Assembly (NCBI GenBank): GCA_031389925.1
Contig: JANMSZ010000194.1
Location: forward strand, 1-44,230
DNA: 44,230 nucleotides
Direction: 5' to 3'
Origin: Hyphomicrobiales bacterium
Lineage (GTDB): Bacteria > Pseudomonadota > Alphaproteobacteria > Rhizobiales > Xanthobacteraceae
The number at the start of each line of letters is the position of its first letter. Position 1 is the first letter of the stretch. Both the position numbers and the translations under genes were made by a program. Under the pieces are notes generated by a model that was not told the origin of the DNA, searched no databases, and saw only the letters and a program-made list of their open reading frames with translations. Below, piece after piece: positions 27,480 through 37,640 of the stretch.

Positions 27480-29354
27480 TCAAGCCGTCTCGAGCGCGGC
27501 GCTGGCGGCGATCCATTCTTCTTCGGCTTTCGCCAACGCGGCGACGACATTGGCGCGGGTCTTCGACAACTCCACCGCGCGCGCCGGTTCGCGCGTAAAC
27601 AATTCGCTGTCGGAAAGCGTGGTGTCGAGCTTGCCAAGCTGGCGCGTCAGTTGCGCGATCACGACTTCGACTTGCGAAATCCGTTTGCGCAGCGGCGCGG
27701 TGTCGACGCGCTTTTCGGCGGCGGCGCGGCGCGTCTGCACGGGATCCGGCCTCGTCGTCGATTTGGCGCCAACGGTGGCGCCGCGGTTTTCCGACGACAG
27801 CACCATCTTCGTGTAGTCGTTGAGATCGCCGTCGAACGGCTTCACGTGGCCGCCGGCGACCAGCCAGAGCCGATCGACGCAGGCCTCGAGCAGATAACGG
27901 TCATGCGACACCAGGATCACGGCGCCGGAGAAATCGTTGATCGCTTCGATCAGCGCCGCGCGGCTGTCGATGTCGAGATGGTTGGTCGGCTCGTCGAGGA
28001 TGATGAGATGCGGCGCGTGGAACGTCGCCAAACCCAGCAATAGCCGGGCTTTTTCACCGCCGGAGAGTTTTTCGACTTTGGTGTTGCCGGCAGCTTGCGA
28101 AAATCCAATGGCGCCGACGCGGCCGCGAACCTTGGCTTCCGGCGTATCGGGCATCAGCCGCCGCACGTGATCGTAGGGGCTGCCGGCCATGTCGAGCTCG
28201 TCGACCTGGTGTTGCGCGAAATAGCCGACCTTGAGCGTCGCCGCCCGCGTCACCGAGCCGTGCTCGGGCTCGAGCTTGCCGGCCAGCAATTTCACCAGCG
28301 TCGATTTGCCGTTGCCGTTGGAGCCGAGCAGCGCGATGCGGTCGTCATTGTCGATGCGCAGCGACAGACCCGACAAGATCGCGCGGCCAGGCTCGTAGCC
28401 GACCGACACGTCGTCGGTGGCGATGATCGGCGGCGACAATAGTTTCTCGGGCGGCGGAATGACGATCGGGCGCACTTCGTCATTCGTCAGCGCCGTGATC
28501 GGCTCCATCTTCTGTAGCATCTTGATGCGCGATTGCGCCTGGCGGGCCTTGCTGGCTTTGGCGCGGAAGCGGTCGACAAAGGCTTGCAGATGCTTGCGCT
28601 GCGCGTCCTGCTTCTTGACCATCTTTTGGTCGAGCATCATGCGTTCGCGGCGCAGCCGTTCGAAATCCGAATAGCCGCCGCGATAGAGCGTGAGCGTCTG
28701 GTTTTCCAGCGCCAGAATTTGCGTGACCGCGTTGTCGAGCAGATCGCGGTCATGGCTGATGATGATCATCGTGCTGGGGTAGGTGGCCAGATGGTCCTGC
28801 AGCCACAAAGTGCCTTCCAAGTCGAGATAGTTGGTCGGCTCGTCGAGCAGCAACAAATCGGGCTCGGAGAACAAAGTCGCCGCGAGCGCGACGCGCATGC
28901 GCCAGCCGCCGGAAAATTCCGAACACGGCCGGGCCTGGTCGGCGGTCGAGAAACCGAGGCCCGACAAAATGGAAGCCGCGCGTGCCGGCGCGGCGTGCGC
29001 GCCGATATCGACCAGCCGGGTCTGGATCTCGGCAATGCGGGTCGGGTCCGTCGCGGTCTCGGCTTCTTCCAGCAACTGCGTGCGTTCGGTGTGCGCCTTG
29101 AGCACGACTTCGATCAGGTTCTCCGGACCGTCCGGCGCTTCCTGCGCCAGCCGTCCGATGCGCCAGCGCGGCGGATATTCGATGCTGCCGTGCTCGGCGC
29201 CGAGGTCGCCGGTGATGACGTTGAACAGCGTCGATTTGCCGGTGCCGTTGCGGCCGACCAGGCCGACGCGGGCGCCGGGCGTGATGCGGGCCGAGGCGCC
29301 TTCCAGCAATGCGCGGCCGGCGATGCGTACGGTGAGATCGTCGATGACAAGCAT
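27480..29354 (-). CDS. ABC-F family ATPase (YheS/Uup-like)
   Basis: Two ABC domains (GRNGTGKST/FSGGWRMR/LDEPTN and GSNGNGKST/LSGGEK/LDEPTN), no TM, C-terminal coiled coil. Confidence 0.92.
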   Translation of the reverse strand: MLVIDDLTVRIAGRALLEGASARITPGARVGLVGRNGTGKSTLFNVITGDLGAEHGSIEYPPRWRIGRLAQEAPDGPENLIEVVLKAHTERTQLLEEAETATDPTRIAEIQTRLVDIGAHAAPARAASILSGLGFSTADQARPCSEFSGGWRMRVALAATLFSEPDLLLLDEPTNYLDLEGTLWLQDHLATYPSTMIIISHDRDLLDNAVTQILALENQTLTLYRGGYSDFERLRRERMMLDQKMVKKQDAQRKHLQAFVDRFRAKASKARQAQSRIKMLQKMEPITALTNDEVRPIVIPPPEKLLSPPIIATDDVSVGYEPGRAILSGLSLRIDNDDRIALLGSNGNGKSTLVKLLAGKLEPEHGSVTRAATLKVGYFAQHQVDELDMAGSPYDHVRRLMPDTPEAKVRGRVGAIGFSQAAGNTKVEKLSGGEKARLLLGLATFHAPHLIILDEPTNHLDIDSRAALIEAINDFSGAVILVSHDRYLLEACVDRLWLVAGGHVKPFDGDLNDYTKMVLSSENRGATVGAKSTTRPDPVQTRRAAAEKRVDTAPLRKRISQVEVVIAQLTRQLGKLDTTLSDSELFTREPARAVELSKTRANVVAALAKAEEEWIAASAALETA

Positions 29355-29419
29355 GCGCGCCTTTTGGACGAGTGCGCTGCACAACGCAATCCCCGTTTGG
29401 TCATTCCGGCCCGGCAAAG

Positions 29420-29956
29420 TTAAGGGGTTTGGTCCACCTTGCGGATGCCGCCTTGGCCGGTCTGGCGCTGGTAGATGATCAGGTCGAACGACGGCGTGGC
29501 GTCATTGCCGACGATGGACGAGAGCAGGGCATGGGCCTGGCCACGGTGGTGCGTCTGGTGGTTGAAAAAATGGTCGAGTGCCGGCGCCAGCGCCTGCTCG
29601 ACGGTCTGCGGATTGACCACGGTGCGGTAGCGGATCGGCCGGTTGAGATCGTCGTCGCTGAGCCGGTCGATATAACGGCTAATCAGCGTGTCCTGACTCT
29701 GGCGCGCTACACGCAATGCCTCGAAATCGTCGTACAGGATGGCATCGAGGCTCGGCGGCTGCTCGCCAACGCCGGTGAACCGCTTCATCCAGATGCGGTC
29801 GCCGACCAGCAGATGGTTCAGGGTTCCGTGCACCGACTTGAAGTAAGCGCCGCGGTCGGCCCGATAATCGGCATCGGACAACGTGGCTGCGGCGACAAAT
29901 AGCCGCTCATTGCACCAGGCATTGTAGCCGGCGAACATCTGGTAACGTGCCTTCAT
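29420..29956 (-). CDS. DinB/YfiT family metalloprotein
   Basis: YNAWCNERL, SVHGTLNHLLVGDRIW, HFFNHQTHHRGQ. Confidence 0.9.
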   Translation of the reverse strand: MKARYQMFAGYNAWCNERLFVAAATLSDADYRADRGAYFKSVHGTLNHLLVGDRIWMKRFTGVGEQPPSLDAILYDDFEALRVARQSQDTLISRYIDRLSDDDLNRPIRYRTVVNPQTVEQALAPALDHFFNHQTHHRGQAHALLSSIVGNDATPSFDLIIYQRQTGQGGIRKVDQTP

Positions 29957-29973
29957 CGTATGTTCCCCGCGAC

Positions 29974-30002
29974 TTGCCGCAAATAGGCGTCCTGGGTATA
30001 AG
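29974..30002 (+). promoter_or_regulatory. Candidate sigma70 promoter for ndk
   Basis: TTGCCG-N17-TATAAG. Confidence 0.55.
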
Positions 30003-30072
30003 CCGCCGCAGCCAAGTTGATCCAATGAAACTCGGTCAAGTCTCAATCAATCTCAGTGAAGGATAATCTCCG

Positions 30073-30495
30073 ATGGCGGTCGAGCGTACTTTTTCGATCC
30101 TGAAACCCGATGCGACCGCGCGTAACCTCACCGGCGCCATCAATGCGATGATTGAGCAGGCCGGCCTGCGCATCGTCGCGCAGAAGCGCGTGCAGATCAC
30201 GAAGGCCCAGGCCGAGCAATTCTACGGCGTGCACAAAGCGCGGCCGTTCTTCGGCGAACTGGTCGACTTCATGATTTCCGCGCCGGTGGTGGTGCAGGTG
30301 CTGGAAGGCGAGGGCGCCATCGCGAAATATCGCGACGTCATGGGCGCCACCGACCCGGCCAAGGCCGCCGCCAACACCATCCGCAAAGTTCACGCCAAGT
30401 CGATCGGCGAAAATTCCGTGCACGGCTCGGACTCGGCCGAGAACGCGGCGATCGAAGTCGCGCAGTTCTTTTCGGGCAACGAAATCGTCGGCTAA
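30073..30495 (+). CDS. ndk: Nucleoside diphosphate kinase
   Basis: [30 protein letters not shown]. Confidence 0.98.
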   Translation: MAVERTFSILKPDATARNLTGAINAMIEQAGLRIVAQKRVQITKAQAEQFYGVHKARPFFGELVDFMISAPVVVQVLEGEGAIAKYRDVMGATDPAKAAANTIRKVHAKSIGENSVHGSDSAENAAIEVAQFFSGNEIVG

Positions 30496-30525
30496 AAGAC
30501 TGAATTAAAGTAGGGGAGGATTGCA

Positions 30526-31350
30526 GTGGATTTCTTGATGCAGAGTTTTGGGCACGCTCCGTTCTGGATCGCGCTCGGCCAGATCATCTGGATCAATATT
30601 CTGCTGTCCGGCGACAACGCCGTCGTCATTGCTTTGGCGTGCCGCTCGCTGCCGCCGAAGCAGCGGTTCTGGGGCATCCTGCTTGGCGCCGGCGCGGCCG
30701 TGCTGTTGCGCGTATTCTTCACCATCATCATCGCCCAGATCATGGGCGTTCCGTTCCTCAAGCTGGTCGGCGGCCTGTTGCTGCTGTGGATCGCGGTCAA
30801 GCTGATCGTGCCGAGCGACGAGCACGGCGAGGGCAGCGTCAAGTCCGGCGAAACGCTGTGGCGTGCCGTCTGGCTGGTGACGGTGGCCGACATCGTCATG
30901 AGCCTCGACAACGTGATCGCGATCGCGGCGGCGGCCGAGACCGCCGCCGCGCGCATCGACGTCGCGCATGCGCTCTCCATCAAGACCGTTCTGATCGTGT
31001 TCGGTCTGGCGACCAGCGTGCCGCTGATCATCGCCGGCAGCGCGCTGCTGATGAAGCTGCTCGAACGCTTCCCGATTCTGGTCTGGGCCGGCGCCGCGCT
31101 GCTCGGCTGGGTGGCGGGCGAGATCATCATCAAGGATGCCGCCGTGGCCAGCTATCTCGGCGACGCCTTGGTCGATCGCCTGCATCTGTGGGCGGCGGCG
31201 GTCGGCGCGGTCTTTGTGGTGGTGCTCGGGTGGCTCATTCGCCGCGTCAAGCACAAGAGCATGCTGGAGCAGCCGCTGATCGTCGATCCGCCGGGGCCGG
31301 AAGAATTTCCGCCCCATGCCCCGGAGCAGCCGGCACGCGACCGGGTCTGA
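30526..31350 (+). CDS. TerC family (YjbE-like) membrane protein
   Basis: INILLSGDNAVVIALA and ADIVMSLDNVIAIA motifs; GGAGG RBS with GTG start. Confidence 0.9.
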   Translation: MDFLMQSFGHAPFWIALGQIIWINILLSGDNAVVIALACRSLPPKQRFWGILLGAGAAVLLRVFFTIIIAQIMGVPFLKLVGGLLLLWIAVKLIVPSDEHGEGSVKSGETLWRAVWLVTVADIVMSLDNVIAIAAAAETAAARIDVAHALSIKTVLIVFGLATSVPLIIAGSALLMKLLERFPILVWAGAALLGWVAGEIIIKDAAVASYLGDALVDRLHLWAAAVGAVFVVVLGWLIRRVKHKSMLEQPLIVDPPGPEEFPPHAPEQPARDRV

Positions 31351-31372
31351 TCAAGAGTGCTAGGCTGGGGGA

Positions 31373-33496
31373 ATGAATCAGCTTATTCGCCCCCAGCCTC
31401 CACTGCCGAAAATCGCGGCCACCGCCTGTCCGCATGACTGCCCGTCGACCTGTGCGCTCGAAGTCGAGGTGCTCGACGAGCGCACCATCGGCCGCGTCCA
31501 CGGCGCCAAGGACAACGACTACACCGCCGGCGTGATCTGCGCGAAGGTCGCGCGCTATGCCGAGCGCGAGCACCACGCCGACCGGCTGCTGCACCCGATG
31601 CGCCGCACCGGCGCCAAGGGTTCCGGTGAATTTTCCCCGATCTCGTGGGACGACGCGCTCGATCTGGTCGTCGAGAATTTTCTCAAGGCCGAGCAGCGCC
31701 ACGGCGCCGAAGCGGTCTGGCCCTATTACTATGCCGGCACCATGGGCCTGGTGATGCGCGACGGCATCCACCGGCTACGCCACGTCAAGAAATACTCCGG
31801 TTTCCATTCCACCATTTGCGTCAACCCGGCCTATGCGGGCTTTGCGGCCGGCGTCGGTCGCATCGCCGGGCCCGATCCGCGCGAGATGGCGAAGTCCGAT
31901 CTGGTGGTGATCTGGGGCACCAATGCGGTGAACACCCAGGTCAACGTGATGACGCACGCGGTGCGCGCCCGCAAAGAGCGCGGCGCCAAGATCGCGGCCG
32001 TCGACATCTACATGAACGGCACCATGGCGCAGGCCGATCTGGCCGTGCTGGTGAAGCCGGGCACCGACGGCGCGCTCGCCTGCGCGGTGATGCATTGCCT
32101 GTTCCGCGACGGCAAAGCCGATTGGGACTATCTCAACAAATACACTGATCTGCCGCGCGAACTGGAAGCGCATCTCAAGACGCGTGATCCGGTGTGGGCG
32201 TCGGCCATCACCGGCACGCCGGTCGAGACCATCGAGGAATTCGCCAAATTGATCGGCGAGCGCAAGCGCGCGTTCTTCCGGCTCGGCTACGGTTTCGCGC
32301 GCTCGCGCAACGGCGCGGCCAACATGCATGCCGCAAGCTGCATCGCCGCGGTGACGGGCGCCTGGCAACTGGAAGGTGGCGGCGCCTTCCACCAGAACGC
32401 CGACATCTACAAACTCGACAAGACCATGATCGAAGGCCTCGACGCGCACGACCGCTCGGTGCGCATGCTCGATCAGTCGCGCATCGGCGCGGTGCTGACG
32501 GGCGAGCGCGAGGCGCTTCAGGGCGGCGGGCCGGTGACGGCGATGATCATCCAGAACACCAATCCGGTGTCGGTCGCACCCGACCAGAACAAGGTCAAGC
32601 AGGGCTTTGCCCGCGAGGACTTGTTCGTCTGCGTGCACGAGCAGTTCATGACCGAGACGGCGAAGTTTGCCGATATCGTGCTGCCGGCGACGACCTTCCT
32701 CGAGCACGACGACGTCTATCGCGGCGGCGGCCACCAATACATCATCCTCGGCCCGAAGCTGGTCGAGCCGCCCGGCGAATGCCGCAACAATCACGAAGTG
32801 ATCTCAGCACTGGCCAAGCGCCTCGGCGCGGAGCACGCCGGTTTTGGCATGAGCCCGCGCGAACTGATCGATCAGATGCTGCAGGTGTCCAAGCGTGGCA
32901 CGCTCGCCGAACTAGAGGCGAACCGTTGGCTCGACTGCCAGCCGCCGTTCGAAGAGGCCCACTATCTCGGCGGCTTCGCCTGGCCCGACGGCAAATTCCG
33001 TTTCAAGCCGGATTGGCCGACGGTGCCGTTTCGCAGTCCCTATCAGAGCGGTCCGGTCGCCGACATGCCAGGCCTGCCGGACCATTGGACCGCGATCGAG
33101 GAGGCCGACGACAAATATCCGTTCCGGCTGGCGACGTCGCCGGCGCGCGGCTTTCTTAACTCGACCTTCAATGAGACGCCGACGTCGATCGCGCAGGAAA
33201 AGCGGCCGACGGTGCTGATCCATCCCGACGACGCGGCGGCTTTGACGATCGCCGACGGCGACTATGTCGTGCTGGGCAGCACCCGCGGCGAGGTGCGGCT
33301 GCACGCGCGCGTGTTCGATGGCGTGCGGCATGGCGTGTTGATCGCGGAATCGATCTGGCCGAATACGGCTTACGCCGACGGCTGCGGCATCAACACATTG
33401 ACCGGCGCGGATTCCATCGCGCCTTATGGCGGCGCCGCGTTCCACGACAACAAGGTCTGGATCAGGCGGGCAAAAGAATACCCGCCCGCGGGCTGA
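31373..33496 (+). CDS. Uncharacterised molybdopterin (bis-MGD) oxidoreductase of the DMSO-reductase superfamily, MopB_3-like
   Basis: N-terminal CPHDCPSTC...ICAK Fe-S motif, ISWDDALD, WGTN, PGTDGALA, FMTETAKFADIVLPATTFLE, IHPDDAA C-domain; no Tat signal. Confidence 0.88.
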   Translation: MNQLIRPQPPLPKIAATACPHDCPSTCALEVEVLDERTIGRVHGAKDNDYTAGVICAKVARYAEREHHADRLLHPMRRTGAKGSGEFSPISWDDALDLVVENFLKAEQRHGAEAVWPYYYAGTMGLVMRDGIHRLRHVKKYSGFHSTICVNPAYAGFAAGVGRIAGPDPREMAKSDLVVIWGTNAVNTQVNVMTHAVRARKERGAKIAAVDIYMNGTMAQADLAVLVKPGTDGALACAVMHCLFRDGKADWDYLNKYTDLPRELEAHLKTRDPVWASAITGTPVETIEEFAKLIGERKRAFFRLGYGFARSRNGAANMHAASCIAAVTGAWQLEGGGAFHQNADIYKLDKTMIEGLDAHDRSVRMLDQSRIGAVLTGEREALQGGGPVTAMIIQNTNPVSVAPDQNKVKQGFAREDLFVCVHEQFMTETAKFADIVLPATTFLEHDDVYRGGGHQYIILGPKLVEPPGECRNNHEVISALAKRLGAEHAGFGMSPRELIDQMLQVSKRGTLAELEANRWLDCQPPFEEAHYLGGFAWPDGKFRFKPDWPTVPFRSPYQSGPVADMPGLPDHWTAIEEADDKYPFRLATSPARGFLNSTFNETPTSIAQEKRPTVLIHPDDAAALTIADGDYVVLGSTRGEVRLHARVFDGVRHGVLIAESIWPNTAYADGCGINTLTGADSIAPYGGAAFHDNKVWIRRAKEYPPAG

Positions 33497-33509
33497 GCCG
33501 CAGGCGGGT
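33480..33509. terminator. GC-rich hairpin between convergent genes
   Basis: ACCCGCC-c-GCGG ... CCGC-a-GGCGGGT spanning the oxidoreductase stop; only a short U tract. Confidence 0.4.
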
Positions 33510-33532
33510 GCTTTAGCCGTTCAGATGCGAGG

Positions 33533-33985
33533 CTACAGTTCCTTGCCGATCTTGGCGTCGACCGAGTAGGGGCCGGCGCCACGGATCGCGATGAAGAAGC
33601 AGACGATGCCGAGGAACATCACGTATTCATAGCCGCCGGCGCCGACCGAGAAGCCCTTGGCCCAGTGCGCGGCGAACATCGCGATCAGCAGTTCGATGGC
33701 GAGCGCGGAGGCGAAGAAGCGTGTGGCCAAGCCCAGCACGAGTGCAGCGCCGCCGACAACTTCAAAGAAGATCGCAAGTATTGAGAACCAGCGTGGCAGG
33801 CCATAATTGTTGGCGAAAGCCGTGCCGACGGCGTCGGCGCCGCGCGTCCATTTCGGCCAGCCGTGCATGATCATGATGATGCCGAAGACCACGCGCGTGA
33901 TCGTGTATGCAATCGGCTCCATCGTCGCGTAAAATCCGGCTAGTCCCGGAAAAATAAGTTTTGGCTCGCTGCTCTGTCCGTTCAT
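33533..33985 (-). CDS. DoxX family membrane protein
   Basis: RVVFGIIMIMHGWPK, EVVGGAALVLGLATR, GGYEY, GAGPYSVD. Confidence 0.9.
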   Translation of the reverse strand: MNGQSSEPKLIFPGLAGFYATMEPIAYTITRVVFGIIMIMHGWPKWTRGADAVGTAFANNYGLPRWFSILAIFFEVVGGAALVLGLATRFFASALAIELLIAMFAAHWAKGFSVGAGGYEYVMFLGIVCFFIAIRGAGPYSVDAKIGKEL

Positions 33986-34082
33986 TGCTTTGCCCCCGTG
34001 CTGGTTTTGGCCACTCTGATAAGGTGGCGCCGCAACTATAACACCTTACAACGCCGAATTATTCACGTTGATGTGTGGAAAA

Positions 34083-34736
34083 CTACGCCGACGGAGCGAG
34101 CGACGCGGCGTCCGGCACCGGCACGCCGTCGAGCAGGCAGCGGCCGTCCACGACCGTGATCCGGCCCTCGGCAACTTGTTTGAGTGCCAATGGATAGATG
34201 TGGTGCTCGACCGCCAGCACGCGCTGGCCGAGTGACTGTTCTGTTTCACCAGGTAGAATCGTCACCGCGCCTTGAGCGATGATCGGCCCGGCATCCATTT
34301 CCGCCACGACAAAGTGAACGGTGGCGCCGTGGACCTTAGCCCCGGCCTCGAGCGCGCGCCGGTGGGTGTCGAGGCCCTTGAAGGCCGGCAGCAGCGCCGG
34401 GTGGATATTGATCAGCCGCTCCGGCCATTGGCTGACGAAGCCTGCGGTCAAAAGTCGCATGAAGCCGGCGAGGCAGACGATGTCGATGCGGTGTTTCACC
34501 AGCGCGGCTTGCAGCGCACCTTCGAACGCGGCGCGGTCCTTGCCGTATTGGGTGTGATCGACGACCGCGGTGGCGATGCCGGCCGCGCTCGCGGTCGCCA
34601 GACCACCGGCATCCGGCCGGTTCGCCAGCACCAGGGCGATTTCCGCGGGATAGGTTGTATCTTTGGCGGCTTCGATCAGCGCCGCCATATTAGAGCCGCG
34701 GCCGGAAATCAGAACGGCGACGCGCTTGCGGCTCAT
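34083..34736 (-). CDS. purN: Phosphoribosylglycinamide formyltransferase
   Basis: ISGRGSNM, LAGFMRLL, INIHPALLP, GATVHFV, MDAGPII. Confidence 0.97.
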   Translation of the reverse strand: MSRKRVAVLISGRGSNMAALIEAAKDTTYPAEIALVLANRPDAGGLATASAAGIATAVVDHTQYGKDRAAFEGALQAALVKHRIDIVCLAGFMRLLTAGFVSQWPERLINIHPALLPAFKGLDTHRRALEAGAKVHGATVHFVVAEMDAGPIIAQGAVTILPGETEQSLGQRVLAVEHHIYPLALKQVAEGRITVVDGRCLLDGVPVPDAASLAPSA

Positions 34737-34739
34737 GGC

Positions 34740-35813
34740 TCACCCGGCAAGGTCGAGTGTGCCGTCATAGACCACGCGCGGCTCCTCGCTGGCACGGACG
34801 ACTTTGCCGAGAGTCGAGACCTTTTCGCCGGCGCGCGTCAACGCGTCGGCGACGGCGGTCGCGTCCTTCGGCGCAACGACCACGATCATGCCGATGCCGC
34901 AGTTGAAGGTGCGCAGCATCTCGTTCTGCACGATGCCGCCTTCGGCCGCCAGCCATTTGAACACCGGCGGCACCGCGACGCGCGACAGATCGATGCGCGC
35001 GCCGAGGCCTTTCGGCAGCACCCGCGGAATGTTGTCAGGAAATCCGCCGCCGGTGATATGAGCGAAGCCTTTCACCGCCTTGGTCTCGCGGATCGCGGCG
35101 AGGCACGACTTCACGTAGATGCGCGTCGGCGTCAGGATGGCGTCGCCAAGGCTTTGTTCTGGCGCGAAGGGCGCCGGTTGAGTCCAGGGCAGTCCGGTTT
35201 TCGCCACCACCTTGCGCACCAGCGAGAAGCCGTTGGAATGCACGCCGGAGGAGGCGAGGCCGAGGATGACGTCGCCTTCGGCGATATCGCCGCGTGGCAG
35301 CACCTCACCGCGCTCGACCGCGCCGACCGCAAAGCCGGCGAGGTCGTAGTCGTCGCCGGCATAGAGCCCGGGCATTTCCGCGGTCTCGCCGCCGATCAGC
35401 GCGCAGCCGGCCTCGCGGCAGCCGATCGAAATGCCGGCGACCACGGCGGCGCCGACCTCGGGTTCGAGTTTTCCACACGCGTAGTAGTCGAGGAAAAATA
35501 ATGGTTCGGCGCCTTGCACCACCAAGTCGTTCACGGACATGGCGACCAGATCGATGCCGATGGTGTCGTGGCGGCCGGTCTCGATGGCGATCTTGACCTT
35601 GGTGCCGACGCCGTCATTGGCCGCGACCAGCACAGGGTCTTTGAAGCCGGCCCGTTTGAGGTCGAATAGGCCGCCAAACCCGCCAATTTCCGCATCGGCG
35701 CCCGGCCGCGCGGTGGCGCGCACCAGCGGCTTGATCAGGTCAACCATCCGGTTGCCGGCATCGATATCCACGCCGGCTTGCGCGTAAGTGAGGCCGCGCT
35801 CTTTTTCTGCCAT
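34740..35813 (-). CDS. purM: Phosphoribosylformylglycinamidine cyclo-ligase
   Basis: [47 protein letters not shown]. Confidence 0.97.
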   Translation of the reverse strand: MAEKERGLTYAQAGVDIDAGNRMVDLIKPLVRATARPGADAEIGGFGGLFDLKRAGFKDPVLVAANDGVGTKVKIAIETGRHDTIGIDLVAMSVNDLVVQGAEPLFFLDYYACGKLEPEVGAAVVAGISIGCREAGCALIGGETAEMPGLYAGDDYDLAGFAVGAVERGEVLPRGDIAEGDVILGLASSGVHSNGFSLVRKVVAKTGLPWTQPAPFAPEQSLGDAILTPTRIYVKSCLAAIRETKAVKGFAHITGGGFPDNIPRVLPKGLGARIDLSRVAVPPVFKWLAAEGGIVQNEMLRTFNCGIGMIVVVAPKDATAVADALTRAGEKVSTLGKVVRASEEPRVVYDGTLDLAG

Positions 35814-35959
35814 GATGGCTCTGTCTAAACGGGTGTGTTGGCGGGTCTTACGGAGAAATCGAAATTCGCGCAATGGTCAGGGCGCCGTTATACTCTGCCG
35901 TTAGGGAAGGGGCGCCGCCGGCCGGTCAGGCCGGGGCGAACCTGCAAGCCGGGATTGCC

Positions 35960-36508
35960 TTGAGTATTCCAAACCTCATTACGCTGGGGCGTATTTTGCT
36001 GGTGCCGATCGTGGTCTGGGCGATCACGTATCCCGGCATGATGTGGCTGGCCTTTGTCCTGTTCGTGGTTGCGGGCGTTAGCGACGGCGTCGATGGCTTT
36101 TTGGCCAAGCGCTTCGGCTGGACCACCGAGTTAGGGCGCTATCTCGATCCGCTGGCCGACAAGGCGCTGATCGTATCGATCTATCTGGCGCTCGGCATTA
36201 ACGACCTGATCCCGCGCTGGCTGGTGATCCTGGTGGTGTCGCGCGATATTCTAATCGTCGGCGGCATCATGTTGTCTTGGCTGATGGGTGATCCGCTCAA
36301 GATCAAGCCGTTGCTGGTTTCCAAGCTCAACACCGTGGCGCAGATCGTGTTCGCCTGCGTGGTGCTCGGCACGCTTGGCTTCGACATCAAGGCCGACATG
36401 CTGACGCTGGGGCTCATGATCGTGGTCGCCTGTACGACTCTGCTGTCGGTCGCGGCTTACGTCGCAGAATGGATGCGTCACATGAACTCCACGGCGGCCG
36501 GGCCATGA
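35960..36508 (+). CDS. CDP-alcohol phosphatidyltransferase (PgsA-like)
   Basis: IPNLITLGR and SDGVDGFLAKR...LGRYLDPLADK signature. Probable TTG start 35960; ATG 35873 is an alternative. Confidence 0.88.
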   Translation: MSIPNLITLGRILLVPIVVWAITYPGMMWLAFVLFVVAGVSDGVDGFLAKRFGWTTELGRYLDPLADKALIVSIYLALGINDLIPRWLVILVVSRDILIVGGIMLSWLMGDPLKIKPLLVSKLNTVAQIVFACVVLGTLGFDIKADMLTLGLMIVVACTTLLSVAAYVAEWMRHMNSTAAGP

Positions 36509-37611
36509 CTCGCGCACCGCATCAGCCGTCCAAGCCGGCCAATGGCGTTGCGTTCCAGCGTCAGATGGTGTTCTGGCTGGCGGCGCTCGTCGTCTTCATC
36601 CTGGTATTGTGGCTGCTCAGCGAAATCCTGCTGCCGTTCATCGCCGGTCTCGCCATCGCGTATCTGCTGACGCCGTTGACCGACCGGCTCGAGCGGCTGG
36701 GCGTGCACCGGCTCGCCGCCGCGCTGTTGATCATCACGCTGGTGGTGCTGGCCCTTGTCGTCATGATCCTGCTGGTGGCGCCGGTCCTGGGCGGGCAACT
36801 GGCGTCGTTCATTTCCAACATTCCTGGCTACGTGACCAAGCTGCAAACATTGCTCAGCGATCAAAGTACGCCGTGGGTGCAGAAACTCCTGGGCGCCGGC
36901 TTTAGCCCCGACAAATCGTTTTCAGAATTGGCGACGCAAGGCGTCGGCTGGCTCACGACGTTCCTGAAAGGCCTGTGGTCGGGCGGGCGCGCGCTGGTAT
37001 CGCTGTTCTCGCTGATCGTGGTCACGCCGGTGGTGGCGTTCTATCTGATCTACGACTGGCACCGCATGCTCAAAACCGTTGATAGCTGGGTGCCGGTGCA
37101 GCAACGCACGACGGTGCGGCAATTGGCGCGCGAAATCGACGCCGCGATCGCCGGCTTCGTGCGCGGACAGAGCGCGGTCTGCCTGATCCTCGGTTCGTTC
37201 TATGCGGTGGCGCTGACGCTGAGCGGGCTCAATTTCGGCCTGCTGATTGGGCTGATTTCCGGGCTGATCACGTTCATCCCCTATGTCGGCTCGCTCACCG
37301 GGCTGATCCTCTCGCTTGGCGTCGCGGTCGCGCAATTCTGGCCGGAATACACCTCGATCCTGATCGTGCTCGGCATCTTCCTGGTCGGCCAGTTCCTCGA
37401 GGGTAATGTGCTGGCGCCCAAACTGGTCGGCGAAAGCGTCGGTCTGCATCCGGTCTGGCTGATCTTTGCGCTGCTGGCGTTCGGCTATCTGTTCGGCTTT
37501 GTTGGACTGCTGGTGGCGGTGCCGCTTGCCGCCACCATCGGCGTGCTGGCGCGGTTCGCGCTGCGGCGCTATCTGCAAAGCTCGCTCTATACCGGCGAGA
37601 AATCGAGTTGA
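36505..37611 (+). CDS. AI-2E family transporter (PerM-like)
   Basis: LLPFIAGLAIAYLL, FIPYVG, QFLEGNVLAPKLVGESVGLHP, LLVAVP. ATGA overlap with the upstream gene. Confidence 0.9.
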   Translation: MTRAPHQPSKPANGVAFQRQMVFWLAALVVFILVLWLLSEILLPFIAGLAIAYLLTPLTDRLERLGVHRLAAALLIITLVVLALVVMILLVAPVLGGQLASFISNIPGYVTKLQTLLSDQSTPWVQKLLGAGFSPDKSFSELATQGVGWLTTFLKGLWSGGRALVSLFSLIVVTPVVAFYLIYDWHRMLKTVDSWVPVQQRTTVRQLAREIDAAIAGFVRGQSAVCLILGSFYAVALTLSGLNFGLLIGLISGLITFIPYVGSLTGLILSLGVAVAQFWPEYTSILIVLGIFLVGQFLEGNVLAPKLVGESVGLHPVWLIFALLAFGYLFGFVGLLVAVPLAATIGVLARFALRRYLQSSLYTGEKSS

Positions 37612-37640
37612 GCGACAAGTCGAGTGTAAAGATGGGTCGT

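Noticed and set aside
27480-29354. ABC-F as an antibiotic-resistance (ARE) protein
   Set aside because: Looks like the housekeeping YheS/Uup type, with core codon usage and no evident leader peptide.
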